From the sequence record ON529850.1: 64,000 nucleotides of DNA; one strand, given 5' to 3'. The position numbers were made by a program, and so were the translations under genes. Every line of letters starts with the position of its first letter. Within the stretch, counting starts at the first letter, position 1. The notes beneath the pieces were generated by a model, which was given only the letters and a program-made list of their open reading frames with translations, did not search any database and had not been told where the DNA came from. This document shows, in pieces, positions 34,691-44,057 of this stretch.

Positions 34691-34923
34691 ATGAAGGGAC
34701 TGCCGGGCGGCAAGCGCATGCGGATGTCGTCGGCGTAGGCATCCATCGCCGCCATATAGACTTCGCTCTCCAGCTGTTCCGCCGACGGTGCGTTGATGAA
34801 GGCGGCGGTGAGGTCGCGGCGTGCGCACAGGGCGTGGCCCACCGTCACGACTTCGAAGTCGGCGCCCAACGCTTTTTGCAGGCGCGCGATCTGCGCCCAG
34901 TGGTGAACAACGAACAGTTTCAT
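34681..34923 (-). CDS. hypothetical protein
   Basis: coupled. Confidence 0.65.
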   Translation of the reverse strand: MKLFVVHHWAQIARLQKALGADFEVVTVGHALCARRDLTAAFINAPSAEQLESEVYMAAMDAYADDIRMRLPPGSPFIWL

Positions 34924-34954
34924 GGCCGCATCTTCGCACGCCGGCGGCCGGCGT

Positions 34955-35179
34955 TCAAGAATCCTGACGTTCGCGCCACAGCCGACGCGAGAACGTCATG
35001 AGGGGATCATCCGGTCCACGCAACGGCACGCCGTCCTGGATGCGGCAGTAACCGACAATCGGCGTATGGCGGATCGACCCGGACTTGATCATGAACAGGA
35101 CGGTGCGCTCCCTCAGGGTCATATAGAAGGGGTCTTCGGCGAACCAGACCTCATAGCGCTGTTTGGATTTCTTCCCCAT
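34955..35179 (-). CDS. hypothetical protein
   Basis: 74-aa ORF. Confidence 0.65.
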   Translation of the reverse strand: MGKKSKQRYEVWFAEDPFYMTLRERTVLFMIKSGSIRHTPIVGYCRIQDGVPLRGPDDPLMTFSRRLWRERQDS

Positions 35180-35223
35180 AGAAGAAGATTATCACCGGAA
35201 CCTGAGGTGGGGAAGGAAATAGA

Positions 35224-35249
35224 TTGACAACGCTTAGCGTTCCTTTACA
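35224..35249 (+). promoter_or_regulatory. boxed phage promoter
   Basis: TTGACA-N8-CGTTCCTTTACA. Confidence 0.8.
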
Positions 35250-35274
35250 ACGGCTCCGAACAGAGGAGCCCGCC

Positions 35275-36252
35275 ATGACCCCTACCGATTTCCCGATCAC
35301 CTTCGCGATCATCGATCCCCGCTCGGCCAAGCGCCTGGAAGCAGCGCTCATTCGCATCGAAGACTTCATGGGGAAGGGCCTGCTGATCAAGGCGGAGTTC
35401 GATGCTATTCGTTCCGACGTCGCGACGGCCACCGAAGGCGCCTGGCGCAAGGTGGTGCAGGAGAAATACACCTACAACGGGCGGTGGGAGGCGCTGACGG
35501 AAGCCGAGCGCAAGCTGGAGCAGTCCTTCTCGATCGCCTATCCGCACGTCCTTCCCGGTTATCTGAAGCGCGCGAAAGCCGCCAAGTCCGCCGCCGGCCC
35601 GATGCGTGATGATATGATCGCCTGGCTGGAAGAGATCGTGCCGCTGTCGCAGCAGCTGATCCAGCTGAAGGGCATGATCGGCAAGCGGGCGCCCAAGGCG
35701 ACCAAGACGTCGATCGCGCGAGACGAACGCGACGCCAAGGCGATGACCTGCCAGTGCTGCGCCCGGCGCATCCTGGCCGAGACCGGCAAGATCGCACACC
35801 ATGGCTATGAGCGACCGGGCGGCGGCTATCAGACCTCGTCGTGCGTCGGCGCCCTGCAACTGCCGTTCGAGGTCAGCCGGGACGCCCTGGGACGGCATAT
35901 TGAACAGGTGACGGCCTCGTTGGCGGATCACCGACGGGTCACCGCCATGATCGAGGCCGAGACCATTCGGTTTACCTGGGCCTATAAGGCCAAGGGCGAA
36001 ACATCCTGGAAGTCTCAAGACCGTTTTGTGAAAATCTCCCGATCGTCGTTCGACGACGCGGTCAAAACCTGGGCGGCCGAGCGCCTGTATCAGGAGCGTC
36101 AACCGACGTTCGATGAACTGAAGGCGCGGAAACTGGCGAACCGCCGGGCGCATGAACACCGCGAACAGGCCTATCTGGACGGACAGCAGCATCGCTTCGA
36201 CCACTGGGCGCAGACCCATGAATGGCGCGAGGGCGCCTGGGAGGTCCTGTGA
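35275..36252 (+). CDS. conserved phage protein with CxxC/HGY/C metal site
   Basis: SD GAGGAG; TCQCC..IAHHGY..G..C.G..PFEVS. Confidence 0.85.
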   Translation: MTPTDFPITFAIIDPRSAKRLEAALIRIEDFMGKGLLIKAEFDAIRSDVATATEGAWRKVVQEKYTYNGRWEALTEAERKLEQSFSIAYPHVLPGYLKRAKAAKSAAGPMRDDMIAWLEEIVPLSQQLIQLKGMIGKRAPKATKTSIARDERDAKAMTCQCCARRILAETGKIAHHGYERPGGGYQTSSCVGALQLPFEVSRDALGRHIEQVTASLADHRRVTAMIEAETIRFTWAYKAKGETSWKSQDRFVKISRSSFDDAVKTWAAERLYQERQPTFDELKARKLANRRAHEHREQAYLDGQQHRFDHWAQTHEWREGAWEVL

Positions 36253-36431
36253 TGGATGAGGATTACGAGATCGCTTTTGACGGCGCGCACGACGCCCTGA
36301 ACAGGATGCGACGCGCCCATGAACGCGGAACGGGATGCCACCTCACCGCCGACATGATTCGTAGCCTGTCCGTCACGCTGATCGGGCAGATGTGGAGCGA
36401 TGATGATCCCCGGCAGGAAACAAGCACCTGA
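36252..36431 (+). CDS. hypothetical protein
   Basis: TGATG overlap. Confidence 0.7.
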   Translation: MDEDYEIAFDGAHDALNRMRRAHERGTGCHLTADMIRSLSVTLIGQMWSDDDPRQETST

Positions 36432-36436
36432 AATAC

Positions 36437-36641
36437 AAAACGCCCCCGGCAGGACCGGGGGCGTCAGGGCGGTGTAGAATAAACGACACGATCTGAACAG
36501 GTTCTGGGCTCCGCTCCCCCGTTAGCCGTTCAACCGGCTCACCGTAATGCCTGACGGTGATCATCGCCGGGTTGCAGTCCTACCCCCGGCTGGCTGAGCT
36601 TCTAGGGAGACCGAAATCTCCGAGTGCTGCGCTCACTTTGC
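36437..36641 (-). ncRNA. candidate ~200-nt structured RNA
   Basis: TTGACT-N16-CATGAT (36675..36648); four consecutive hairpins; terminator 36464..36437. Confidence 0.55.
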
Positions 36642-36683
36642 CTGGAGATCATGCCTGATCGGATGAAAAAGTCAAGCTTTAGG

Positions 36684-36881
36684 CTAGGCCCAAGCTCTCG
36701 TATCGTGACGCCGGCGCGGCATGCCGTGGTCCTCGCGACGGTCTTCGAACACTTCGATCGCCCGCACCAACTTGGCTCGCACCTCATTGCGGCGGTCGTC
36801 CTTGCGGATTTTGGGCAGTTCGTCGAGCGCCAGCCTCAGGGTGTCCTCGATCAGGTCGCCGTAATGGTCGTCGATGATCAT
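36684..36881 (-). CDS. hypothetical protein
   Basis: ATGA overlap. Confidence 0.7.
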   Translation of the reverse strand: MIIDDHYGDLIEDTLRLALDELPKIRKDDRRNEVRAKLVRAIEVFEDRREDHGMPRRRHDTRAWA

Positions 36882-37126
36882 GCGCAGTCCTCGAAAGGCA
36901 TCGAATCGACGATGACGATCCCGGCGACATCGAGCCGCAGACCCTGGCCGTCACCACCGTATTCCGCCGCCAGCACAACACGGGCGCCGTCCCGGCGTTG
37001 ATGCCAGACCTGCCAGCCGCCGGTGCGGGTGCAGGTGACCTCGACATTGTAGGGGAGGTTGAAGAGCGATGTGCGCTCCATATCCTCAGTCGTGACATGC
37101 AGGTCGTGGTAGGAGGGTGCGATCAC
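36878..37126 (-). CDS. hypothetical protein
   Basis: GTGA overlap. Confidence 0.7.
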   Translation of the reverse strand: MIAPSYHDLHVTTEDMERTSLFNLPYNVEVTCTRTGGWQVWHQRRDGARVVLAAEYGGDGQGLRLDVAGIVIVDSMPFEDCA

Positions 37127-37425
37127 TTTCTCACCTCGAAGGTGACGCCGTTCGGACTGTTGAGGATTTCACCGTAGAGCGGAACGACGTCGAACACTTC
37201 GACCGAGCCGTCAGCCCATCCCTTGCAACCCTTCAAGTCCCGCTCCTGCAACAGGCGAAGATGCGCTTCACCGGCCTCGAAGGAGGTGAAGATGGTTGCA
37301 CGCGTCGGCGCGCGGTTCCACATCGCCGGCGTTTCGTAATAGACGACCCGGACAACGCTGTCGGGAGAAGTCCGGGTTGAACGCAGGACCCAGCAATGCT
37401 CTTCCAGGAGGGTGATCTTAGCCAT
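37123..37425 (-). CDS. hypothetical protein
   Basis: coupled. Confidence 0.7.
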   Translation of the reverse strand: MAKITLLEEHCWVLRSTRTSPDSVVRVVYYETPAMWNRAPTRATIFTSFEAGEAHLRLLQERDLKGCKGWADGSVEVFDVVPLYGEILNSPNGVTFEVRK

Positions 37426-37435
37426 AGACAACTCG

Positions 37436-37894
37436 TTAGAAGGAATAGCCGAACACGATGCGCTCGATGCCCATCTGGCGCATTTGTTCCAGGTCGTTGA
37501 AGAATCCCCGCCCCAGAAAATCGCGCAACACCACGGTCACGTCCGCTCCGCCGCGACGATCCACGAATGACTGATCGTAGTCGTAGGCGAGCAGCTCATC
37601 CAGGGTCAGCCAGCTGGCGCAGTGACCGAGGTCGTTGCCGGCGCTATACCAGGCGTCCCATGCGCCGTTATGCAGCAAGCCTTCCGGTGGCTCCGGCGGC
37701 CAGTCCGCCGGGAGGCCTCGGGCCGGGGCGATGACGGGAGACTGAGACAGATTCCGCGTGCCCGACAAGAAGCCGAACATACCATAGGAGCGCCAGCTCA
37801 GGGGCGACCGCTCGCCGTCGAAATTCCCTGTTACCGTCACCCAGGCGCCAGACTCGTCGCGGCGCTGCGCGCGAAGTCGAATATCAGTGCCCAC
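37436..37894 (-). CDS. conserved phage hypothetical protein
   Basis: MGTDI..RSY..F..L.G.RN..RGLP.D..H..SWLTL.EL motif. Confidence 0.8.
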   Translation of the reverse strand: MGTDIRLRAQRRDESGAWVTVTGNFDGERSPLSWRSYGMFGFLSGTRNLSQSPVIAPARGLPADWPPEPPEGLLHNGAWDAWYSAGNDLGHCASWLTLDELLAYDYDQSFVDRRGGADVTVVLRDFLGRGFFNDLEQMRQMGIERIVFGYSF

Positions 37895-38246
37895 GACGCA
37901 CCGTCGGAACGGCCGCCAAGGCTTCTTCCATCGCTTCCTTGCCGCCAGGACGGCAGCCGACAGGCATCTCAGAGCCAAATCGGGTCAAGGCGTAGACCTG
38001 GACCAGTTCTTCGCCCGCCACCATGTAGACGCATCCGGTCGGTTCCAGGGTCACGAAGGTTTTACGGCCCTGATTGGAAGTCTCGATGGTTTTGGTCTGC
38101 CAGGCGATGGCGGGCGCTTTAGGCTGCACTTGCGCCGGAGGCGGTGGCGTGTTGGATTGAACCTCTTCAGCGCAACCGACCACGCCGGCGACCAGGGCCA
38201 GGACGAAGAAAGGCGACGCCAGGCCGAAGCAGTGTTTCCAGTTCAT
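37884..38246 (-). CDS. putative lipoprotein
   Basis: hydrophobic leader, VAGVVGC. Confidence 0.7.
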   Translation of the reverse strand: MNWKHCFGLASPFFVLALVAGVVGCAEEVQSNTPPPPAQVQPKAPAIAWQTKTIETSNQGRKTFVTLEPTGCVYMVAGEELVQVYALTRFGSEMPVGCRPGGKEAMEEALAAVPTVRRGH

Positions 38247-38386
38247 CGGCCGCGCCCCGCGACACGCATCTCCAGGTCTTGACGCCAGTTCGCCCATTCC
38301 TTGTCGACGTCACGCCGTTCTCGCACGACAAGAGCCGCCAGCGTCAGGGCGGGCAGGGCCAGAAGGGACCACATCATAGGTCGCAT
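38243..38386 (-). CDS. small single-TM protein (47 aa)
   Basis: hand-translated; coupled. Confidence 0.6.
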   Translation of the reverse strand: MRPMMWSLLALPALTLAALVVRERRDVDKEWANWRQDLEMRVAGRGR

Positions 38387-38586
38387 AGCATGTCCTCTAC
38401 GACTTTCGGATTGCCGAACAACGCCATGTAGGCGGCAAGCAGGCCACCGCCACAGAGCTGAACCAGGCGGACGTCCGGAATAGGCGCGCCAAACACGGCC
38501 GCCAGAAACAGGACCATGGTCACGAGCAGGCAGCCGGCGAAAAAGCCTTGGGCTCCCAGAACCAGGCGGTTGAAAAGGTTCCGCAT
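38374..38586 (-). CDS. small membrane protein
   Basis: two TM segments. Confidence 0.7.
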   Translation of the reverse strand: MRNLFNRLVLGAQGFFAGCLLVTMVLFLAAVFGAPIPDVRLVQLCGGGLLAAYMALFGNPKVVEDMLCDL

Positions 38587-38975
38587 CACGAAGCTGGCCT
38601 CACCCGATAGGTGTTGAGGCGGCAGCCGTTGTGTCGCTCCACGCCGTTGGCGTCTCGGGCCGTGTTCGGACTGATCCCGCCGCCGGTCGTCACGATGTAT
38701 TCGCAACCCGTGGAGGGGATGGTCATGATGAACGCCCCATTGTTGAGGCTGGACGGCATGTCAGCGGGAATGGCGTTGAAAACCGCCAGCGCGCCGACGG
38801 GCCTGGACTTCGTCGGCTTTTCGCCCGACGGGGCCTCTGCGACATGCACTTCGCGCTCGGAGTAGCGCACTTCACAGCCGCCCAGCAGCGCGAGCGAGGC
38901 GACGCCGAGAGCGGAGGCGATCAGCACCGAAGCGGCTCGACGCCCGAAGAAGAAGGCGGTCAGGCGATCGCTCAT
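38586..38975 (-). CDS. putative lipoprotein
   Basis: LALLGGC lipobox. Confidence 0.75.
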   Translation of the reverse strand: MSDRLTAFFFGRRAASVLIASALGVASLALLGGCEVRYSEREVHVAEAPSGEKPTKSRPVGALAVFNAIPADMPSSLNNGAFIMTIPSTGCEYIVTTGGGISPNTARDANGVERHNGCRLNTYRVRPAS

Positions 38976-39148
38976 TACGTTCTCGCGGCGCCGAAACGCA
39001 CCGACAGGATGTTTCCGTCGCGGTTCATCACCGCTTGGTGGCCGTTCGTCGGCTTGGCGGGCTTCGGCTTGAGGCCGTGGTCCTTGCGTCCCGGCATCAG
39101 CAGCGTGTTCAGCGTGAAGGACAGGGCGGGATCAAAGGTGTTGTTCAT
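38975..39148 (-). CDS. small hypothetical protein
   Basis: coupled. Confidence 0.6.
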   Translation of the reverse strand: MNNTFDPALSFTLNTLLMPGRKDHGLKPKPAKPTNGHQAVMNRDGNILSVRFGAART

Positions 39149-39206
39149 GTGAGGTTTTCCCTTTCTTGTGTTCAAACGGACTGCGTAACGGCGCCGTTCG
39201 AAAAGA

Positions 39207-39695
39207 TCAATTCAATTCGTCAGGATTACTGACGGCGGTTGCCGGTGACACGATCCCTCGCATCAGGTCGATCGCCTGGGGTCGATAGTGGACCCATGCC
39301 GGTCCATAGGGTTCCATTTCACCCGGCCCAGTGGTGTGCCAGGTTTCCTGAAGCGGATCGGTTCCGGACGCGGCGCACAGCCGAATGGCGAGGTCATCCA
39401 CCAGGTCTTCATGATTGGCGGATTCGCGCCAGATCGCGTCGATGACCGCCTGGCCCTCGGCGCCGCGATAGAGGGACGCGATGGCGTTGGGGGAGAGTTT
39501 GGCGATCCCGCCGCGCATGATGTTGACCAGAACCGCTTGCGGATCGCGCAGATATTCCTGGGTCTTCTCCCAGGCGGTGTCCAGTTCTCCCCACCACCAG
39601 AGAAAGGACGCGGATTGCGCCTGATCCTGGGGATCGTCCGATTCCGCCAAGGCTTCACCGACGGCTTTCAACTTGCTCAGGAGATCGTCCATCAC
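39207..39695 (-). CDS. hypothetical protein
   Basis: coupled. Confidence 0.75.
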   Translation of the reverse strand: MMDDLLSKLKAVGEALAESDDPQDQAQSASFLWWWGELDTAWEKTQEYLRDPQAVLVNIMRGGIAKLSPNAIASLYRGAEGQAVIDAIWRESANHEDLVDDLAIRLCAASGTDPLQETWHTTGPGEMEPYGPAWVHYRPQAIDLMRGIVSPATAVSNPDELN

Positions 39696-40366
39696 TGATC
39701 GTCCGGTTGCGCCGACAGACGTTCATAGAGGGCCGGATAGTTCAGGCGCACCCAGTCGTGCGCGCCGCGCTTCCACGCCACCTTGACTGCCTCTTCCAGA
39801 TCGGTCGTCAGGCCTTCGATCTTGTCCGCCTGGCGCAGCAGGACCGCAATGGCTTCGGCGCCGTCGCGGTTGTGCGGATGCGCGGTCACCTGGTCCGACT
39901 GTCCCGGCCCGAACGACAGGTAGGAGTTGTAGGTTTCGCCCAAACGCGTCACCAGGGGCTCCAGCTCCGCCGACGTGCGCCTGGCGATCCAGGCCAACTT
40001 GCCGACGTGGGTCAGGAGATCGTCTTGGGGCGCGCGCGGTCCGGCGGCCTTGCACACCTCATGCGTCCACGACAGGTTGTCGATGACGTCGCGGTCGGGC
40101 CAGGCTTCAGTGCCGACCGAGCCGGTGATCAGCTCGCCGCGCGCCCGGTGGATGGCGAATCCCGACATCGCGCGGTAGACCGCAACGGCGAGCATGCCGT
40201 AATCCCAGTCGATCGTATTGCCGGAGACATAGCGTCGATTGTCTTCGTCAGCCTGCTCCAGCGCGGCCATGCCGGCATAGATCATGTCCTGCGGGAGAAG
40301 AGAATCGCTGAAAGCGCGCGATTCGTCGTCCACCGGCAGGGGGAAGGTTTGAAGAGCTTCGGTCAA
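39692..40366 (-). CDS. hypothetical protein
   Basis: TTGA overlap start. Confidence 0.75.
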   Translation of the reverse strand: MTEALQTFPLPVDDESRAFSDSLLPQDMIYAGMAALEQADEDNRRYVSGNTIDWDYGMLAVAVYRAMSGFAIHRARGELITGSVGTEAWPDRDVIDNLSWTHEVCKAAGPRAPQDDLLTHVGKLAWIARRTSAELEPLVTRLGETYNSYLSFGPGQSDQVTAHPHNRDGAEAIAVLLRQADKIEGLTTDLEEAVKVAWKRGAHDWVRLNYPALYERLSAQPDDQ

Positions 40367-41004
40367 GCGTAGGGCTCCAGTTCCAGGGTGTTCGCGGTGA
40401 TGAAATCACGCAACGTCTTGCCCTTCTCCGTCAAGACGCATTGATCGTCGATCAGGTGCTTCATCAACAGGTATCGGTGGGTTCGATCCGGGTCGAGCGT
40501 GTGGCCGTGGGACGACGGTGCCATTTCGCAGGCGTCGTTGAGGCCATAGGCTTCCAAGTTGACCAGGACATAACGGACGTCTGCGCCGAGGATGACGGCG
40601 GCGTCGAACAACCTTTGACGGACGTCTTCCTGCCGCGCACGTTCCCCCGCCGCCGCATCGACCCCTTTCAGGGTCTCATCGGTCATGGCGGTGAGCGCGT
40701 TCTGCGCCCAGGTGTTGTTCTGTCGCGCGGCCTCTTCGAGACCAGGCTGAACAGCGTAAGTCGACCAGAGCTCCATCCCGAAGTGCACCCAACCGGTGTC
40801 TTCGGTGTTGCGGGTTCCGTCGATGTTCAGCCCGGCCGACCCCATAGGACGCATCCGCGCCGTCGCCATCAAGGCGCGCCAACGCCTGGCGTCTTCGATG
40901 GCGGACACCAAGGCGTTCAACACCAGGGGATCAACCTGATCAGACCCGAGCGCCTGCTGAAGCAGTTTTTGCAGTTCTTGCGGGATGAATTCGGCGTCGG
41001 TCAT
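40363..41004 (-). CDS. hypothetical protein with C-terminal wHTH-like tail
   Basis: SD GAGG; LMKHLIDDQCVLTEKG. Confidence 0.75.
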   Translation of the reverse strand: MTDAEFIPQELQKLLQQALGSDQVDPLVLNALVSAIEDARRWRALMATARMRPMGSAGLNIDGTRNTEDTGWVHFGMELWSTYAVQPGLEEAARQNNTWAQNALTAMTDETLKGVDAAAGERARQEDVRQRLFDAAVILGADVRYVLVNLEAYGLNDACEMAPSSHGHTLDPDRTHRYLLMKHLIDDQCVLTEKGKTLRDFITANTLELEPYA

Positions 41005-41035
41005 GTGGGGTCCCCCTCGTTGCTGTCAGCGGTGT

Positions 41036-41062
41036 TGTAAAGAAACGAAGTAGCGCTGTCAA
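41036..41062 (-). promoter_or_regulatory. boxed phage promoter
   Basis: TTGACA-N9-CGTTTCTTTACA. Confidence 0.8.
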
Positions 41063-41066
41063 CGCT

Positions 41067-41366
41067 TCATCGCGCCCTTAGATACGCTTCAGGGAAGTCG
41101 GGGTATTCGCCTTCCATGCGTGTGATGCGCCGGGCTCGCAGCTCCTGCACCATCTGAAGCGCACCTCGCTGGTGCGCGGCGATGAATTCCTTGTCGAACA
41201 GGCGGCGGTGTTTCACGTAGTCGATGAATGCGACCTGTTTGCGCGCCTGGGCGGAATCCCAACCGCAACACCAGTCGAACGACGAATCGTGAGGGCAGGC
41301 GGTCCGGGGCTCTCCCCGACGAAACGCCGCCACCCCTTCAGCGAATCGCTCCTCAACCAACCCCAT
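41067..41366 (-). CDS. Rmf-like (ribosome modulation factor motif) protein
   Basis: FAEGVAAFRRG..ACPH..W..GW pattern. Confidence 0.55.
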   Translation of the reverse strand: MGLVEERFAEGVAAFRRGEPRTACPHDSSFDWCCGWDSAQARKQVAFIDYVKHRRLFDKEFIAAHQRGALQMVQELRARRITRMEGEYPDFPEAYLRAR

Positions 41367-41587
41367 TACAGGCGCGTCCAGAAGGGGACGCGACGGGTGC
41401 CGACCGCCGAGATGTCGTCGAGCCGGATGTAGAGGGGCACGCCGCGCGCGCCGTCCCATTTCAACCCCGACAGGTTGTTGTCGCCGCTGGATGTCGCGGT
41501 GATGTCGCTGGCGAAAAAGCGGATCACGGCGCCGCTCTTCATGAGCAGGCGCACCTCCAGCTTGCGAAAACGGAACTTCCGTTTCAT
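41366..41587 (-). CDS. hypothetical protein
   Basis: coupled. Confidence 0.7.
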   Translation of the reverse strand: MKRKFRFRKLEVRLLMKSGAVIRFFASDITATSSGDNNLSGLKWDGARGVPLYIRLDDISAVGTRRVPFWTRL

Positions 41588-41676
41588 GCGCGCGCCCTCG
41601 CCGCCTTACGACGATCAATGAGGCCGGTGATGAAGCCGGCGGCGCCGCCGAGGATCAAGCCGAGATAGGGGAACCA
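41584..41676 (-). CDS. 30-aa single-TM peptide
   Basis: hand-translated; ATGA overlap. Confidence 0.55.
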   Translation of the reverse strand, partial: WFPYLGLILGGAAGFITGLIDRRKAARARA

Positions 41677-41800
41677 TTCATAGTGCATTGACAACCTCCC
41701 TGAAAAACACCCCCTGCCTAAGAAAGGCGCGGAGTGTTGTCAACCTCGACATTCGCTCTTTCTGTGTCAGAATAGTCGGCGAATGTTGGAGCCCCTACGC

Positions 41801-42268
41801 ATGGAACGCCTGCTTGTTGTGGATTTTTGCGTCAGAGTCGTCATCGACGACGAAGGCTTGGCTGAGGGGGAGCGACGCATTGCGGCGGCCTTGGAAACGG
41901 AAGCGGAGCTGACGCTGGACGGCGCCGTCGCGCGCCTGGCCCATGCCTATCCCTGGGCGACGGCCGCATTGGAAGAGTGGGTGGAGCGTAACAGGGCCTT
42001 CACCGCAAGGGCGTTGGAGCGGCGTCCGTGGGAGGAGGGGCTCCATGTCACCGCCGTCGTCTATGACCGATGCTTCGCCGGCGGCTACGGCCTGGACGCG
42101 ACGCAGGACGGGACCGACGTCTATTCTCACCTGGACCCGATCGAAACCCCGCTGATGACGATCCACTACCTGTTCGAGCAGTCCGCGCAGGAACATCGGA
42201 CGCTGGCGGAGTTTGTCGTGAACGCCATGAATGACGCCTGGCGCAAAGAAAACGGCCCGGCCTGGTGA
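41801..42268 (+). CDS. hypothetical protein
   Basis: SD GGAG. Confidence 0.7.
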   Translation: MERLLVVDFCVRVVIDDEGLAEGERRIAAALETEAELTLDGAVARLAHAYPWATAALEEWVERNRAFTARALERRPWEEGLHVTAVVYDRCFAGGYGLDATQDGTDVYSHLDPIETPLMTIHYLFEQSAQEHRTLAEFVVNAMNDAWRKENGPAW

Positions 42269-42301
42269 GGCCGGGCCGCGTAAAGCGCGCCGTGACGGTG
42301 T

Positions 42302-42682
42302 TTAGGCGGAAACCGTTCTCGCCGCGTAGTTCGGGTCGATGCGACGCAGCGCCTTCGACACCGCCGCCCGCGAGACGCCGTAGCGTTCCGCCAGAGAGGC
42401 CAGGCTGTGACGGCCGGTCTTGTAGAGCTTCGCCGCCTCCGCGTGATCGAACTTCGGCGGGTTGCCGCCCGTTTCCTTCAGCAGGGTTGGCGCCTTGCGC
42501 TCGACTTCGGCGCGGATCAGGGAGCCGCTGACGCCGTACATCGCGCCGACTTCCGCCAGGGTGTAGTTGCCCGAGCCATAGGTGCGGACCGCTTCTTCGC
42601 GGTCGAACGCCACACGCGGCGCCCACGGCATCTTCGCGCGTTGTTTGCGGGGCTTGCGTTCGGTGTTGGCGGTCTTGGTCAT
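42302..42682 (-). CDS. tandem HTH DNA-binding protein
   Basis: YTLAEVGAMYGVSGSLI; HSLASLAERYGVSRAAV. Confidence 0.85.
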   Translation of the reverse strand: MTKTANTERKPRKQRAKMPWAPRVAFDREEAVRTYGSGNYTLAEVGAMYGVSGSLIRAEVERKAPTLLKETGGNPPKFDHAEAAKLYKTGRHSLASLAERYGVSRAAVSKALRRIDPNYAARTVSA

Positions 42683-42744
42683 CGCGTGTCCTCCAGAAGT
42701 GAATGTAGGGGAGATGTAGCGCGGCGATCTGAAGATGTCAACTA

Positions 42745-43644
42745 CTATTTTTCAAAATAATTCGACGTTGACTCGGACCACAACAGGCTGATCGCATAGG
42801 GATCGCCGGACGCCTCGTAAGCGCCCAGGATTTGCGCCCGCCCCGTATCCAGCAAGCGACGGACGACGTGGATGTCGACCGACCACGCTTCCGGCGTAAG
42901 GGCTCCGTCGGCGTCAGTGCTGGTCGCTATGATGGTGCCAACCGTCCAACGGCCGCCCTTGGTTTTATAGAGGGCGTCTTCGTTCTCGGGCCGGCGCATG
43001 ATCGCAATCGTCTCTTCAGCGACCATTTCCATACGCCGCGCGTTTTCGGCTTCTTGAGCCGCCCGCTCAGCTTCACGCCTCAAGGCATCGTGGCGCCTCA
43101 CCTCCGACTTGGCCGCATTGAGCATGTCTTTCTCCGAGACGAAGGGACCGTCCCAGAGGACGTCGCCGCTTGTTAGGGAAACGTGCCTGAGGACCGACTC
43201 CAGGCTGCGGTCGTCTGCCACCAGGACGTCGACGTTTTTCAGGAAAGCGTGCCCATAGACACGGCGAATCGAGAAAATCGTTTCGTTCTTCCCCTGGATC
43301 AGGTGCGAGAATCTCCGGTGAACGGCCGCCTTTTCTTCCGGCGACCCTTCCAGGGGAAGGCCGGGGAGGAGGATGGTGGGCAGGGCCACCGTCCTAAAGT
43401 CCAGGCTCGCCGTCCAGAACCATCCACGTCGCCAGAAGAAGCCCTCACCAGGGACAACTGGGCCGTTTTCTTCCTGGAGGGTCGGCCAAGATGCGACGAC
43501 CGAGGTGGTCATAGAAGAGCGGCCGTCCCCCTTCGCCGTCCAGCTTGCCCAGATTCGGGCTTCCTCTTCGTTCGAAGCCTGGACCAAGACACGCTCTTGA
43601 ACCGTCCGCGTCACGAGGATGCTGTAGTTTTTCTGTTCAGTCAT
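42745..43644 (-). CDS. hypothetical protein, DpnD/PcfM-like N-terminus
   Basis: SD AAGGAGG; VLVQASNEEEAR. Confidence 0.75.
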   Translation of the reverse strand: MTEQKNYSILVTRTVQERVLVQASNEEEARIWASWTAKGDGRSSMTTSVVASWPTLQEENGPVVPGEGFFWRRGWFWTASLDFRTVALPTILLPGLPLEGSPEEKAAVHRRFSHLIQGKNETIFSIRRVYGHAFLKNVDVLVADDRSLESVLRHVSLTSGDVLWDGPFVSEKDMLNAAKSEVRRHDALRREAERAAQEAENARRMEMVAEETIAIMRRPENEDALYKTKGGRWTVGTIIATSTDADGALTPEAWSVDIHVVRRLLDTGRAQILGAYEASGDPYAISLLWSESTSNYFEK

Positions 43645-43876
43645 GTTCGCTCCTCCTTTTCGTTCGGCGTCTCTCGGTCCATTCCGGATTCCACGCCTTC
43701 GCCGTCTTTCGCGCCAACTCTGGGTCCCAAGCCCGAACCGCACCGCGAATCGTGGTTTGCTCATAGCCGTAGATGCGGCCGAGTTCACTGTAGGTCGCCC
43801 CGTCCCGCCGCGCTTGCAGGAGCTGCGCCCGCTGGATGTCGGTCAACGCCGCCAGGGTCGGGGCGTATTTACCCAC
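43637..43876 (-). CDS. HTH DNA-binding protein
   Basis: GATYSELGRIYGYEQTTIRGAV. Confidence 0.75.
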   Translation of the reverse strand: MGKYAPTLAALTDIQRAQLLQARRDGATYSELGRIYGYEQTTIRGAVRAWDPELARKTAKAWNPEWTERRRTKRRSEHD

Positions 43877-44057
43877 GACCGGTCTTGATCCACGCGCTGA
43901 TGCGGTCTCGACTGCCGAACAGAAGGGTGGACAAGGTGCGTTCGGCCGCGACGAGAACCTGGGCGTTCTCCAGCGACGGGTCTGCGTCGAACTTGCGCTT
44001 GGCCTGGTCATAGGCGGCGTTCGCGTGTGGGATCGCGCGGAAGGCTTGCGTCGTCAT
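43869..44057 (-). CDS. hypothetical protein
   Basis: ATGA overlap. Confidence 0.7.
   Translation of the reverse strand: MTTQAFRAIPHANAAYDQAKRKFDADPSLENAQVLVAAERTLSTLLFGSRDRISAWIKTGRG

Noticed and set aside
36373-36564. 63-aa minus-strand ORF
   Set aside because: No SD, starts inside a hairpin and crosses an intrinsic terminator into a convergent gene.
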